Of a DNA stretch of 64,000 nt, positions 34,276-47,750 are shown piece after piece (position 1 is the first letter of the stretch; every line of letters begins with the position of its first letter). The stretch covers positions 33,852,001 to 33,916,000 of the forward strand of contig NC_087443.1 of NCBI RefSeq assembly GCF_036321535.1, read 5' to 3'. The notes under the pieces are model-generated. The model was not told the DNA's origin. It saw only the letters and a list, made by a program, of their open reading frames with translations, and searched no databases. The position numbers and the translations under genes are program-made. This DNA is from Camelus dromedarius (Eukaryota).

Positions 34276-35943
34276 TGGATGAGAATGGACAACGGAAGGT
34301 GGCAGGGCAGAGTGGGGAGAGCACAGGAAGCAAGGTCCAGAAGCTTAGGTTCTAGTCCTGGATCTCACCGTGTGACTCTGGATAACCTACTGTCCCTCTC
34401 CGGGCCCTAGTTTCCCCATCTATAACATGGGGCTCTAGAAGTCAGCAGGAGTTTGGAGAGGAGGAATGAGCATGACAGATAACATTGTCAGCCCGAAGTT
34501 CCTGAGAGCATGAGAATTGGTCTGGCTGAGTCTTAAGCAGAGGAAGCCAGGATCTGGGAAAGGGCTGGGGTGTGCCCCAGCCAGCAGGAGGGGCCAGGAA
34601 GAGGAGAGGATGGAGAGAAGAGCTGAGTAAAGTGACCGGGGTCGGATGTTGTCCCTCAGCAGCCCAGGCCTGGGAGATACCTGGGGCAGTGCTCACTGTC
34701 CTGACGCCCTCCCCACCACCCAACCAGTCCCAGGTGCACTCTCAACCAGCCGGCAAAGGCCGCCTGCTGGCACTGCTGAGCCCATAGGCTTCCCCCTGAC
34801 TCCCAGGGGACTGTGGGTGGCCTGACAGAGCCTTCTGGCTTTCCTGGGGCCCAGTAGGGCATGGGAATGAGCTGAGCGCAGCTGTCAAGGGTGCACCACT
34901 GGCATCAGTAAACTTGCCCTGTGACAACCCTCTACGCTCCATCTGGCCCTATGACCTCCCTCTCTGTGATCACCCTGGAGAGCTACTTTGGCAAGTACCA
35001 GCCTTTGCCTGGTAGAGACACCTGAAGGGAGCCTGGCTGTGGGGAATTGGTGCATCATGCCAGGATGGCCACAGCACCCACTACAGTTAGAGCTGGGCTC
35101 AAATGTTTGCCATCATCACCACCATTCTGTGAGCTCCGAGGGGTTAGGGCATTTGCCCCAGGTTGCACAGCTTCTAAGCAGCAGAGTGGGGATACAAGCC
35201 AGGCCTGCTGGGCTCCACCTCCTGCTCTTCACTGTTCCGTACCACCTCCTACTAAGTAGGAGTTCTTTCCCTAGGAAATCTTCCATGGCCAGCATGAGAT
35301 GGCTGTGGCCTTTACCTGTGGGTCCACCCCCTCATCTAGGCCTTGGATCCCCTGGACTGTCCAGAGTCTCAGAATTCACCAGGCCTCATGGTCTCTCTGC
35401 CCAGGCTTTACCCTGGTGGCACTAATGAGACTGTATGTCCCTACTTCCTATGGACAATGGATCTTTTCATGTACTCCCAAGATTGCCGTGGCTAAGAGAC
35501 ACTAGTGGCTTTTAATACATTTGGGCTAAAGGACATCTGGGAAATGGGAGAAAGCTCAACATCCTTCTCCCAGAAAAACACACAGACACAAAATATTGGG
35601 GACCGTTCCAGGGAACGAGGGACAAGAAACCCAGCTTAGGAACAAAAAGGTAAGGACTTATTCATGCCCAAGGACAGCAGAACCAGAACTACCAACACCT
35701 AAGCCCTAGACGTCTGGGGCAGTGCGTAGGGACCAGGACCCTACCCCTGCAAGGACTGCCCCCCTGTCCACCGCAGTCCCTTGGATGACTCACTCCCTCA
35801 CTCTCTTCCCAACAGAACATGGCAATAAAAGTCAGGCAACACTGATCCTCAAGGGATGGACAGGGAGGGCCGTGGGGGCCCAGCAAGCCTTGGCCAGGGC
35901 CACCGGGCTCAAGTCCCGCCGCGTGGGCGCTGGGCTGCTCTCA

Positions 35944-37200
<1,257 letters not shown>

Positions 37201-37215
37201 CCGATGGCTTGGATT

Positions 37216-37231
37216 TGTTTATTTATGCAAA
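37216..37231 (-). promoter_or_regulatory. C/EBP-like + forkhead / modified TATA composite (TTTGCATAAATAAACA)
   Basis: An AT-rich island in a GC-rich promoter: TTGCATAA followed by ATAAACA. Confidence 0.4.
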
Positions 37232-37337
37232 CTGGCCCGGGATGGGGGGCGTGGTGTTCAGGGCCCACTGCCCCCAATCCTCGGGCCCAGGAGACCCTCT
37301 CCCGCGCTCCCTGTCCCCTTTGAAGTGACACTTGGGG

Positions 37338-37347
37338 TTATTTATAG
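37338..37347 (-). promoter_or_regulatory. TATA-like box overlapping a consensus MEF2 site (CTATAAATAA)
   Basis: Minus strand reads CTATAAATAA, matching YTA(W)4TAR and containing TATAAATA, oriented toward COL13A1. Confidence 0.5.
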
Positions 37348-38661
37348 GCAGGAAGGGGGTGTGGAGTGGAGCTGGAGCTGGGGGCTTCACTTCTCTCCCT
37401 TTCTCCGAATTCACATGGAGGGCCCTCTTAGCCTTCCTCATGGGCCCAGTCATCACTCTGCTTTCTGACAAGTTGGCAGAGCCAGCCTTTGGGAACCTCC
37501 AAGGAGCCTGGCTGAGTTACTGTCCGGCATCCAGTTGGATCTCCACCTCCTGAGCAGGACCATCTGAGTCCCTTTGGCTGCCATGGCGCACCCCCTGTCA
37601 TGTCTCATCCCTTCTCTTCCTCCCCAAAGCAGCGCCACTTGGGCTCTGTACCCCCTGAGTCCTGCAGCTGCCCCAGTGCCTTTGGTGGGGCTCATTCCAC
37701 CAACCACATCTTTACTTGGGGTTGAAAAGTCAGCCCTCCAGGGGGACAGCAGAACTGATGCCCTTTTCTCTGTTTCAGGATCAAGACATAAGGTATAGGC
37801 GTACCTGTCATTAAAAACTGAGCAGAAGGTTTATTCCAGGGTATCCGAGAGGCCAGTGAGTCCTGCCGCTTGCCAGTCCTGACCCCTCTCCTTGCTTGCC
37901 ATCAATCTGACACCCATTCCAGCCCTCCGCTGTCAGACCAGCCTGCCTCAACCATGGCAGCCGCTAAAGGTGAGCAATTCTCTGACACACTCGTACTCCT
38001 TAAGACTAATTCTGCTCCCTCGTGATGTCATTTCCTAGGCTTTGGTAGAGAAAGCTGCCTGAAGAGCATTTTGTAGTTCCCTCTCTTTTCTTATCATCTC
38101 TCCCACTTTAAGTAACATTTGTATCCCAAGAGACTTTATCTCCTTGCACCTCTTGACATTCCTGAGAATGAGGTGGTGGGACTGAGTTTATGGAGAAAGT
38201 CTACTTCCCAGGAACAGCGGGGGTTGGGGAGGGGGTGATAAAAGCCTGGCCTTTGAAATGTGAAACAGTGGTAGTGGCAACAGGAGAGTTTCTGTGATTC
38301 CATTTTATAATAACAGGGTTGTCAACTTCAGATTTTATATACTGACCTGATCAGGCTTAATATATAACACAGTATCACGGCACATCTAAAAGTGTGGCGT
38401 ATTTAATAGAGTAACGTAGTACTTAGATCCTAAATAATAAATGTTATAACATCGCCTGCCCCGTCAATTAGTCACTGTGGAGGACTACAGAGATAGAAAG
38501 TGATCCTGTGGAAAGGACTGGTGGCCAGGAGCTCTCGGTCAGTTCCAGCTCTAGCATTTCCTTGATGTGGGACATTGGGTAAGTGTGCCTGTTGCCTTAC
38601 GCTATGATGGATGTCTCAGTTGAACTGTAGAGTAATCCCCGAGAGAACACAGTCGTGTTGA

Positions 38662-38680
38662 AGGCCACCAGGGGGCGCCA
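38662..38680 (+). promoter_or_regulatory. CTCF core motif
   Basis: AGGCCACCAGGGGGCGCCA, essentially the CTCF consensus (TGGCCACCAGGGGGCGCTA). Confidence 0.75.
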
Positions 38681-39369
38681 GAGAATTTCTGCACTGAGAG
38701 GTACAAGCCAGGGCATCCAGGGACTTTTGACTTGACTCCCCCTCCCCGCCCCCACCCGCCACACCCCTGTAAGGGTAGTGGGAAGAGAGGAACTGAACTA
38801 GGAGGGTAGTTACATTCCTTCCTTGTTCCACAAGCTGATCTTTTCCCTTTCAAGACTTTAGGGGCCTTCAGGAATGCTAAGGCAGTGAAAGCCAAAAGGT
38901 TTGGGGCTGGAGAATACTCTGTGATTGGGAGCTGAAGGGGGAGGGTGCAGCAGTACTAGCCTGACCTCTGCAACAGAAATGACATGTCTGAACCCCAGGG
39001 AGCCCGGGGGGACCCTGAGATCAGAGAAACCCAGGTATTCTTTGTCAGTGTTAGATCAATGTTCGGTCAATGTTGGAGTTAATTAACATCTCTAGGAAAT
39101 AAGATTTCTTGTTTGTAGCAAGAAGATAGACTTTCAGTGCTAACCCAAAGAGTTTGACTTTAATCTGTGGTCATGATTACACTCCTAGATAAAAACACAT
39201 TCTGGGTGCCAGAAAGGAAAGCTAAGAAAAAAATGTCCCTATGCACACAAGCTGTTCTATTCCTAAAGTATTTTCTGTGTTTTTCTGCTTCCACACGTTT
39301 GCTCATGCTGGACCCTCTGCCAGGAAGTCCATCCTTCATTTACCTGTTCTCTGTACCTTGAAATCCTGC

Positions 39370-39812
39370 CGGTGTCTCCAAGTCCAGTCCTATGGGTCTG
39401 ATGGGGTTGACCCCATACCTGACTCTAAGGTAGGTGAACTAATCTAACCAATCAGCATCTGCATCTTCCCTGGCTACAGCGATTGGGCCCGAGATAGGCT
39501 TGTGGCTTAGTTCAGGCTAATGTGAATCAGACTGGGATGATTGGGAAGGGACAGTGATTTCCTTGCAAAGGGTTCTCTCAAAGATTATCAGCTGCTGCTG
39601 GGAGCATCTTGCCCCTGTTCTTAAGGATCCCGCCTAAGGATGAAACCAACACAAGAGGCAAGCAGAGGTGGAGACAGACTGAGTCCTGAAGACATTAAAC
39701 TCTTGGACCAAACTGTGCTGAAGCTCATGCCTGCCTGTTGTCTTCCAGTACAAGAATCATTCTTGCTCAAGCCAGTCTGAGTTGGGTTACTTCTCTTGCA
39801 AGTAAAAGAACA
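39370..39812 (+). mobile_element. MLT1 (ERVL-MaLR) solo LTR
   Basis: ccaatcagcatc...aggatgaaaccaacac...gctcaagccagtctgagttgggttacttctcttgcaagtaaaaga. Confidence 0.75.
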
Positions 39813-39999
39813 CAGAGTCACAGAGAGGGCCTCACTCCATCTTACTGAGTCAGAATCTCTTTGTGGTGGAAGTAGGGGGACAGGGAAGCCCAAGTTCCCA
39901 TCCTGTTTATAGAAGCTTCCAGAGAAATTGGGATGTATGTCCAAGGTAGGAGGTCACTGGGACAGTGGGGGAACTTGTCTCTCCTGAGTCTGTTTCTGT

Positions 40000-40800
40000 C
40001 TCTGATAATGACCTTCCCAGGCAAACCCACAGCCCATGTCTCCTGGCACTTCTCACCATGTCTCCAGCTGCTCCCTGGCACCTGTATTTGAAGCTCCTGC
40101 CCATCGCCTCACCTCACACTCAGCTCCCCCTGGCTGCCTGGCTTTCATTCCCTTGGTGTGTGGCATTGGCATCACCCTGAGGCTCAGGCTGGATGTGCAC
40201 CTTCTCCCTCACCTTTGCCTTCTCCATCCAACTGGGATCAAGTTCTATAGATTCTACCCTCTTAGTTTCTTTCAGATCTGCTCTTCATTTTGGATTTATC
40301 TGCTCCCACTGCCTGCCCCATGCAGGCTTCTAAACAGGTCCAACCCTCCCACATAGCAGCCACAGTCAGGAAACCTCACCCATGGAGGCCTGGCCTGGGG
40401 ACCTACTGGAATCTCCCCCATGCACTGCAGACTCCCTGTTCCTTATTACCTCCGAGGCTTTATGATCACTGGCCTCAGAGTCCTGCTTCTCAGCTCTGCT
40501 TCTGACTCCTGAGCAACAAGATAGGAGGGGCCTGCGTCCCTGGTGACTTTGTGGAGTTGAGCTCCAGGCAAGTCTAGACTCTCACATTACCTCATTTAGG
40601 CCACTGTATTCTGGTCTGCCTTGCGTAGCCTAAACCATGTCCTAACCATGACCCGAGTCTGTTCTCTCCCGTAGGCTGTGAGTTTCTAGAGAGCAGGATA
40701 ACTGTATCCATCTCTGTGTGCTCAGCATTCAGCACAGTGTAGATGCCCAAGAAATGGTGGTTAGAATGGATGAGTGAGTGAATGAATGGATGGATGGGTG
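40000..40800 (+). mobile_element. L2 LINE fragment with tail
   Basis: ctgtgagtttctagagagcagg...cagcacagtgtag...gaatggatgagtgagtgaatgaatggatgg. Confidence 0.65.
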
Positions 40801-40919
40801 GATTCTAGTTCTGGCTCTCTCTCAGTTGTATTAACCTGTGCACCCACTCCCTCTCACATAAGATTTAGAGACTGATGGGCAAGGAAGGGGAAGGGGGAAC
40901 TGGGATGTATAAGGGCCTT

Positions 40920-41450
40920 CCTAACTCGAAAATTCATCCATTCAGCAAATATTTATGGAGCACTTTCCAGTGCCAGGCCCTGCACTGGTGTGGGGGACAC
41001 AGTGGTGAACAAGGCAGACTAGTGGTGGAGGCCAACTGGGAGGAGTGCTGCAGTGCAGGGCAGAGAGTGTGTTTGGGGAGCAGAGAAGAGGAGCTCCTAC
41101 TAGGCTCGGGGATGAGACCTGAAGGATATGCAGAGTTAGCCAGATAAAGGGGTGTAGGGAGGGCACACCAAAAAGAGGGACCTGCCTGTGCAAAAGCCTG
41201 GAGGGGAGAAAGCGTGGTGCTTCAGGGAAACTGAGTGGTTAAACCGTGGCTGAAACATAGAGTGCAAAGAGAGAGGATGGAGGATTCTGCTGAAGAGGTG
41301 GGCAGGGGCTGAGCAGGATAAAGGGTTTGGATTTTGTCCTGAGGGCAAAGGGGAGCCATTGAAGGGGCTCTGCCCCTGTACTGGGTGTTAGGGTTAGGCA
41401 CCAGATGGGGATTCCAGAGTCTGAGCTGAGGCCAGGCTCGGAGGAGAACC
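40920..41450 (-). mobile_element. L2 LINE 3' fragment
   Basis: attcatccattcagcaaatatttatggagcac...gggagccattgaagggg. Confidence 0.8.
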
Positions 41451-42309
41451 CAGATGAGCAAGGCAGGCATGCTCTCGGGCTCAAGCTCTCAATCTTGCTC
41501 TCGCGCAGGCTCTGGGATTAAATTAGTTTGCCCCAGGTTAGAGGACAGTAGCAAGCATTGTCTCTGGGGAGAGTGGTTTGGGGGTTTGGGGGCCAGCCCG
41601 AGGCTCCTGCTTGGAGCCGCAGATCAGACATTTGGAAATGCCTTTTCCTGAGTCCTGACTTCCTTCCCACACAGCCACGCCAATCAGCTCACTGGCTGTG
41701 ACTCTGTAGAGCTGGGGACGGAGGGTCGAGGGGCAGGGGCTGCAGATGTGCGGGGGAGGGCCAGCCTGCCCAGGAGGCCCTGGGAGCCTTGTTAACTGGG
41801 GCCAAAACAAACTCTCTCATGAAGTAGAGAGCAGAGCCAAGTGCGTAGGCTACGCTGATGAAAATGCTGGGGGACCCTGTTCAGCAGGTTTGGATACTTA
41901 ACGGCTTTAGGCAATGAGCGATTGTGTGCACGTGTATGTGGGTGTGACCCCCCTCCACACACACACAAGCCGCCTCAACCTAGGGTCTCACTGCGTGTAA
42001 TTGCCTTTATCTGCTCTCGTGCTCTGGTACAGGTACCAAAGCAGGTACAGGCAGGGGAGTGTGGATGCTGTGGGTGATCCGGACTGCCCTGCAGAACAAG
42101 TGGGCTATCTCCAAGCCACCCCTAGTGTGTGCATGGATGTGGGTGTGCACCCATACTTGTGCCCACTATGGGTGTTTACTGACCTGTATGTGTACAATCT
42201 GCTTTGGCCGAGATGTGTATATCAGAACACATGCATGCTTCTGATTGGTCAGGACTGCCACCACATTTAGGACTGGTAGTGGCAGTGACCAAGGACAGTA
42301 TTCTAGGCA

Positions 42310-42735
42310 TCTATAGCAGCACAGCAGATGGCTCTAAATCTTAGTTCCTTAAATGGAGTGATTTATTACTTCTCACAATTCTGAGCTGACAGGGCTCAGT
42401 GGAGTGGTTCTTTTCTTCCAAGTAGCATGAATGAGGTCACACAGCAGGCTGCATTGTGGAAGCTCCACTGGGAGCATGGCTGGGGATGGAACATTCAAGG
42501 TGGCCTCTCATCATCCCACAGTCTATCCTGGGCATCTTTCTAGCATGGTGGCTGGCTTTCAAAGGGAGATTCCAAGAGGCCAAGCCCCATTGGCAAGTGC
42601 TTATGATGCCTCTGCTTGTGTGACACTTGCTAATGTCCCATTGGCCAGAACAAGTCACAGGGCCAAGCCCAGATTCCTGTGGGAGGGAACTACCCATGGA
42701 CCTGGTTCCAGGTGTAATCCACAGATATCTACTCC
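42310..42735 (-). mobile_element. MLT1 solo LTR
   Basis: gatttattacttctcacaattctg...cttgctaatgtcccattggccagaacaagtcacagggccaagcccaga. Confidence 0.8.
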
Positions 42736-43049
42736 AGCCTGAGAAGAATGCCTGAGAGGGTGCACTAGCGGACCCGTCCACAGGATCACTTACCCTAAGT
42801 AGGATTTGGGGAATACTGTGGTTAGCAAAGGCCATGTCCATCCTACTGCCCAGGCCTTTCCCAGACCAGCTTTCTCCTGATGACCTCTTGCAGGAACAGC
42901 TGGAGGCTCCAGATGGCCCACATCCCTGTGGTCTCAGGTGGTTCAAGAATAATTCAGGAGAAATCTCCTATGTGGCCTCATTTCAGGGTCAGGCATAGAC
43001 AGCTCTGGGTCCTATTTTCTGCTACTTGGAGGCTGTTCTGAGTGGCTTC

Positions 43050-43255
43050 GGGTGCTGGCTCCACTGTTTACTAGCTGTGTAATCTTGGACAAACTGTGTA
43101 GACTCTCTGCACCTGCTTTTAAAATCTGAACTATGGAATGAACAATTCCTATTTCCTAGGGTCATTTTGAGGATTGGATGTGATGGCATATGTTGAGTGC
43201 TGTGTCTGTCCTCAACACAAGCCCCTTATGACCATGATGACAGCTACAGAGACTG
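43050..43255 (+). mobile_element. MIR SINE
   Basis: tactagctgtgtaatcttggacaaa...gggtcattttgaggatt. Confidence 0.7.
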
Positions 43256-43855
43256 GGGACATACAACAAAGGCCAAACGAGAGTTCACACCTCCTCCCAA
43301 GACCGTGTTCCTGCATCTGAGAGGGGGGATGGTGTAGGTCATTGATCCATCAGTTAGTCCACACCTATTATTGAGCTCCTGATGGGAACAAAACCCAGAG
43401 TCAGGTGCTCACAGAGGGTGCAGTTCCATGGGGCCTTTGTAGGAAACTACATGTGCAGGAAAGAGAACAGCAGTGCCAGGCAGCATGGGCTGAGGGCCCA
43501 ACAAATAGGCAGATGAGTAGTGACTTGGGACTTGGAGAAGAATAGAAAGGCAGAGGAGACTTGGAGTTGGGTGAAGTTGCAGGAGGGCTTCCTGGAAGAG
43601 GTGAGTACTGAGCAGAGCCCCTGAGCATAGCAGGATCCAGAGAGAGGAGAGGACTGGAATAATAGAGTAGAAGTCCCAAATTTTTGTGGTACATCCTTAC
43701 CAGGGATGCATCATGTGACCACCTGATCCCCAACAGTCCCAACCATCTGTCCCTTCCTTTCCTGTCTTCTCAGGTGGCATGTTCTGATCATGCCAACACT
43801 CCCATTCCCACATCATTGGCAGACATCACTAATCAACTACAGAACACTACTCCTA

Positions 43856-43857
<2 letters not shown>

Positions 43858-43891
<34 letters not shown>
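43858..43891 (+). repeat. Perfect (AC)17 microsatellite
   Basis: Read directly; candidate polymorphic marker. Confidence 0.98.
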
Positions 43892-43894
<3 letters not shown>

Positions 43895-45723
43895 CTGCTT
43901 AGGCTTCTCAAAGCAGGAAGATATTATCAATCTTTGGAGATTAGTGCTTGGGGTGAAGCCATTTTGCTGACTCAGGCTGAGCTGAAACAAAGCACCATAT
44001 TTGAAATCCAGAAACTCTGAGCCCTGACCTCTCTATCTGCAAACTGTGTGCCTTTCAGTAAGTGTCCTCACCTCTCTGGATCTCAGCCTCCTGCCTGGGG
44101 CAAGAGAATATTAATTCCTACTCAGAGGAGCGCCGAGAGACTCAAATGAGATCATGTGTGCAGGACTTTTAATAAAATACAAAATCCAAGAGAGTTGATG
44201 GTGATGGTCACGCTACAGCCAGACATCAGAAAGCTCAAGCAAATGCATCCATTAGGGCCCTATTTGCAGCTTTTTGGAGGAAGAACAATCAGTTGAGGAG
44301 TGAGAGTGAGATGCAGCCCCTCCAAGCTGTCAGCCCATGGAAACAGGGTTTGGAATCTGGGCCTCAGCATGGGGGGTGGTGGAAGGGCGCCCCAAGCATG
44401 TGCTCAGAGAAGAAGCCCAGGACTTGCACTCTCCCTGACAGTGGGGAAGAGCTGTCAGAAAGGCAGGCCACTGTGGGTTAAGAGACAGATGTTTTTGGTT
44501 GATGACAGACGGGTAATGAAGAGCACAGTTAGTTTACTGGAGCAGATCCCTGTTTACCAGCATCTGGGAACTGCAAGTTATGCTGTTGTGTCTCTGTGTG
44601 CGCTCCTGTCCCCAGCTCTCTGCCCACCCCCACTGCTGTGGAACTCTTTGTGTTGACCATGGAGCTTGGTCTGAGTCTCATCTTAGGAGCAGTTCTCCTG
44701 GTTTGAAGTGGGGAGTGTCCCTACCCCTTGCCCAGAAGAGCCTCCAAAAATCCCCCAAGGCTCCACTGGTATATGACATCTGCAGAAACTGAGCACAGAG
44801 AGGTCAGAGTGTGGTTCAAGGTCATACAGCATACTAGTGGCAGAGCCAGATCTGGGCCAGATTGCTTCCCTACCAGGCACAGCTCAGTCCCCAGGTTCAA
44901 GCCTGGCCCAGTGTCTGGACTGCAGCCAATGGCCAGTAAATCCAGAGGAGGCTGTGCCCTTCCCACAGAGCTTTGCTCCCTCTTGTTCCTTCACCAGCAG
45001 TAGCTGTGAAAGCAGAACTGCTTGGAACATTTATTCCTGTAAACCTCATTAAAAAGGCCTTCTCTTTCTTTCTCCTTTTCCTCCTGTTGCTTTGCTAAGG
45101 TCATTTCTAAAGTTGGGGTGGGGGGATGCCCTGTTTGTCTTTCCTATGCGCCCCACCCCCCATCAGGAAATGAGGGCTCTTGCTTTCCTTGAGCGATCAG
45201 CTCCTGACATTAGCTCACCGCTGACAGTTGGGTCTGCTGTAGATATATTAACTTGAGTCTTCCTTTGGCTTTATACAGCTCTGGGACAACATCTGGAAAC
45301 AGATGTTTGCTTGGAGATGGAGTAGGAGCAGGAGGCACAGATCCAAAAGCAAGCCCCATCCCCCCAGGGGAGGGGGGCAGATGTGCTGAGGGCCCCTGCA
45401 GGCTGCAGGCCGCAGGCTGGTGCAGGAGCTTTGCGCATTTGAAGAAATGCCCCCCTCTTTGGGGGAGATACAGGCTGCTGTTTTGCTGGGCCTGCCCATG
45501 GATTAGGGCTAGTGCTGCAGAAGTGCTGGACTCTGTCCCTACAGCTTCCCTCTTTCCTCCATCCCATGGCCAAGGATTAGGAGTCCATCTCTTTGAACAT
45601 GTCAACTTTCTTGTTTTCCAGAAATGGAAAATTCCTGAAGGGCTGGAGGTGTCATCAGATTCAAATTTGTTGAGGTTCCAAATGTGAGGTTCAGGGCTTG
45701 GCACATTATAATTCCCAAGAGAA

Positions 45724-45870
45724 GAGTGATGATGGTAGCAATAGTAGTGGTAGTGGTGGTGGGAGTAATGGTGGTGATGGTGGTGGAGGTTGTGGTGGTT
45801 GTAGTAGAGATGGTAGTGCTGGTGAAGGTGACGGTACTGATGGTGGTGGTGGAGCTGGTGGTCAATGGGA
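45724..45870 (+). repeat. Degenerate (GGT/GAT/AGT)n low-complexity tract
   Basis: gatgatggtagcaatagtagtggtagtggtggtggg...ggtggtggtgg. Confidence 0.85.
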
Positions 45871-45899
45871 AGGTGAATGCAGACACAATATAGGTTATC

Positions 45900-46295
45900 G
45901 ACCTGCTCACCAAGTTTCTCCCAGTTGCCATGTCTATTCTTGGCACATGATAATCTGGGCTAAACACACATTTCTACCCATTTGATTGACCCAAAAGGTA
46001 AAACCAAGCTGAACCAATCAGGGAACTTCCCTGGGATTTTATAATCTGAGCCTCAGAGATGAAAACTCTTTTGCTTTTGGGTCACTGTGCAGCCAGGATG
46101 TAAATCCCTGGCTCACATGTACAGAGGTCTGTCTGTAGAAGAAAATTAAGTGAACAGCAGAGAGAAGCAGAGACAAGAGATGGAGCATCCTTTTAGTGTT
46201 TGAGTCCCTGGGGAATAGTCATTCCTAGGAAGGTCTTGCCCTATCCGGTTAAGTTAGTCAACTTGGGTTTCTGTCACTTGCTACCAAAGGGTTCT
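45900..46295 (+). mobile_element. MLT1 solo LTR (diverged)
   Basis: ccaagctgaaccaatcag...gagagaagcagagacaagagatgg...ttgggtttctgtcacttgctaccaaagggttctga. Confidence 0.65.
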
Positions 46296-46329
46296 GATTG
46301 GCCCTGAGCAGAAGGTGACCATAGAAGTG

Positions 46330-46550
46330 TAAAGATGATCATGTGAGAGGGAGCCTAATGATGACGAAATGAAAATAAAAGTGGCAAAGACAACATTGGT
46401 GATGGAGATGGTTATGGTGATGCAATCGTGCTGCCAAAAATGGAGGTGGTGGTGATGACAGTTCAGGTTAAATGGTGACATTGATGGGAATGATATTGGT
46501 GATGATGGAAGTAATCTTGTGGATCAGTTGTGATGATGATGGTGAAGATG
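46330..46550 (+). repeat. Degenerate (GAT/GGT)n low-complexity tract
   Basis: ggtgatggagatggttatggtgatg...gatgatgatggtgaagatg. Confidence 0.7.
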
Positions 46551-46964
46551 CTAAGGCTTTGCCAACTGAATCTGGGTGTATATCTTAGAAACACAGGCCC
46601 AAAAGACTCAACAAAGGATTATAAAAAAGAGTGGGAGGGAAAAAAAGATTATTTCAGAATGTCAGATGCTGTCCTTTTTCTTAACTAAATAAAACCTAGC
46701 TGACCCTGGAGAGGAGGGTCCCAGATGGTACCTCATAGAACTTCAGAAATGTACTAGAACCTTCTGGAACAGAAGGACCCAGGGCTCCCAACCTCAACAG
46801 GTCATCTTGAGAATTCCAGGTGCCTCCAGGGTTTCAGACAAGATGAATTTGAGGTGGGACAGAAAACATAAAAAAGCACAGCATCTCGTATCTGACCATT
46901 TATGCCTTGTTTATATCTGTGATTATCCATCATGATCTATGTGGTGAAAATGAGTTATTTCTGG

Positions 46965-47150
46965 AGCATAATAGCAGCTAATTTTTGTTAAGCATTGACT
47001 ATGTGCCAGGGACTGTTCTAAGTGCTTTATATACATCATCTCACATGATGAAATCATCACAACCATAGGTATTTCTATTCTCCATTTAACAAAGGAGGAA
47101 ACTCAGGTACAAGAGGTTATGTGACCTCACCCAAAGTCGCACCATGAGCA
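46965..47150 (-). mobile_element. MIR SINE
   Basis: actatgtgccagggactgttctaagtgcttt...ggaggaaactcaggtacaagaggttatgtgacc. Confidence 0.8.
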
Positions 47151-47544
47151 AGGCAGGGTGGGAAGCCAGGTCTCACCCTCTAATTCATTGTGCCCCACTG
47201 GGAAATGTGCTCAGGGTGGAACCTCCACCCCAAGCAGTGCTTCTGACCCCGTCCCTTCCCCAGATGCCTCTCTTTCACCCCCTTCTACCCAAGAAAGCAT
47301 TTTTCAGAAGGAGGGCCTGGGGCCAGTGGAGGAGGAAGTGAACTTCTGTGAGTCCCATGGAAGAAGCCACTTGCTTTAGGGAGCTGCCTGGTGCTGCCAC
47401 CCCCAATGTGGGGGGAGCCCTGATGGAGGAGATCAGGGTTATTGGGACATGCCTACCTCTTTCTTAGGGTTCAGTTCCTTTTCCCCTAAAAAGGGCTCTT
47501 GCCTGCAGTTGTGAGCACACAGCTCTGTTTCTGATTCCAGCAAA

Positions 47545-47750
47545 AGACTGTCCGTGTAGTGTTGGGGTCACACAAACCTGTGTGTGACTCTTACTTCACC
47601 ACTTTGGGCTTGTAATTACTCCTCTGAGACTCAGTTTTCTCCCTTGTAAAGTGTAGACAATAATTCCCACTTCCCAGGGTTATGGGGAGCGTTACTTTGT
47701 AAAGTGCCCAGCCCAGTGTTGGGCACACAGTAAGTGCTCAGTGAATGTCG
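47545..47750 (+). mobile_element. MIR SINE
   Basis: ctctgagactcagttttctcccttgtaaagtg...gcacacagtaagtgctcagtgaatgt. Confidence 0.8.

Noticed and set aside
45602-45985. Poly-Thr, poly-Val and Gly-rich ORFs resembling mucin or structural proteins
   Set aside because: Translation of the GGT/GAT low-complexity tract; no splice or promoter context.
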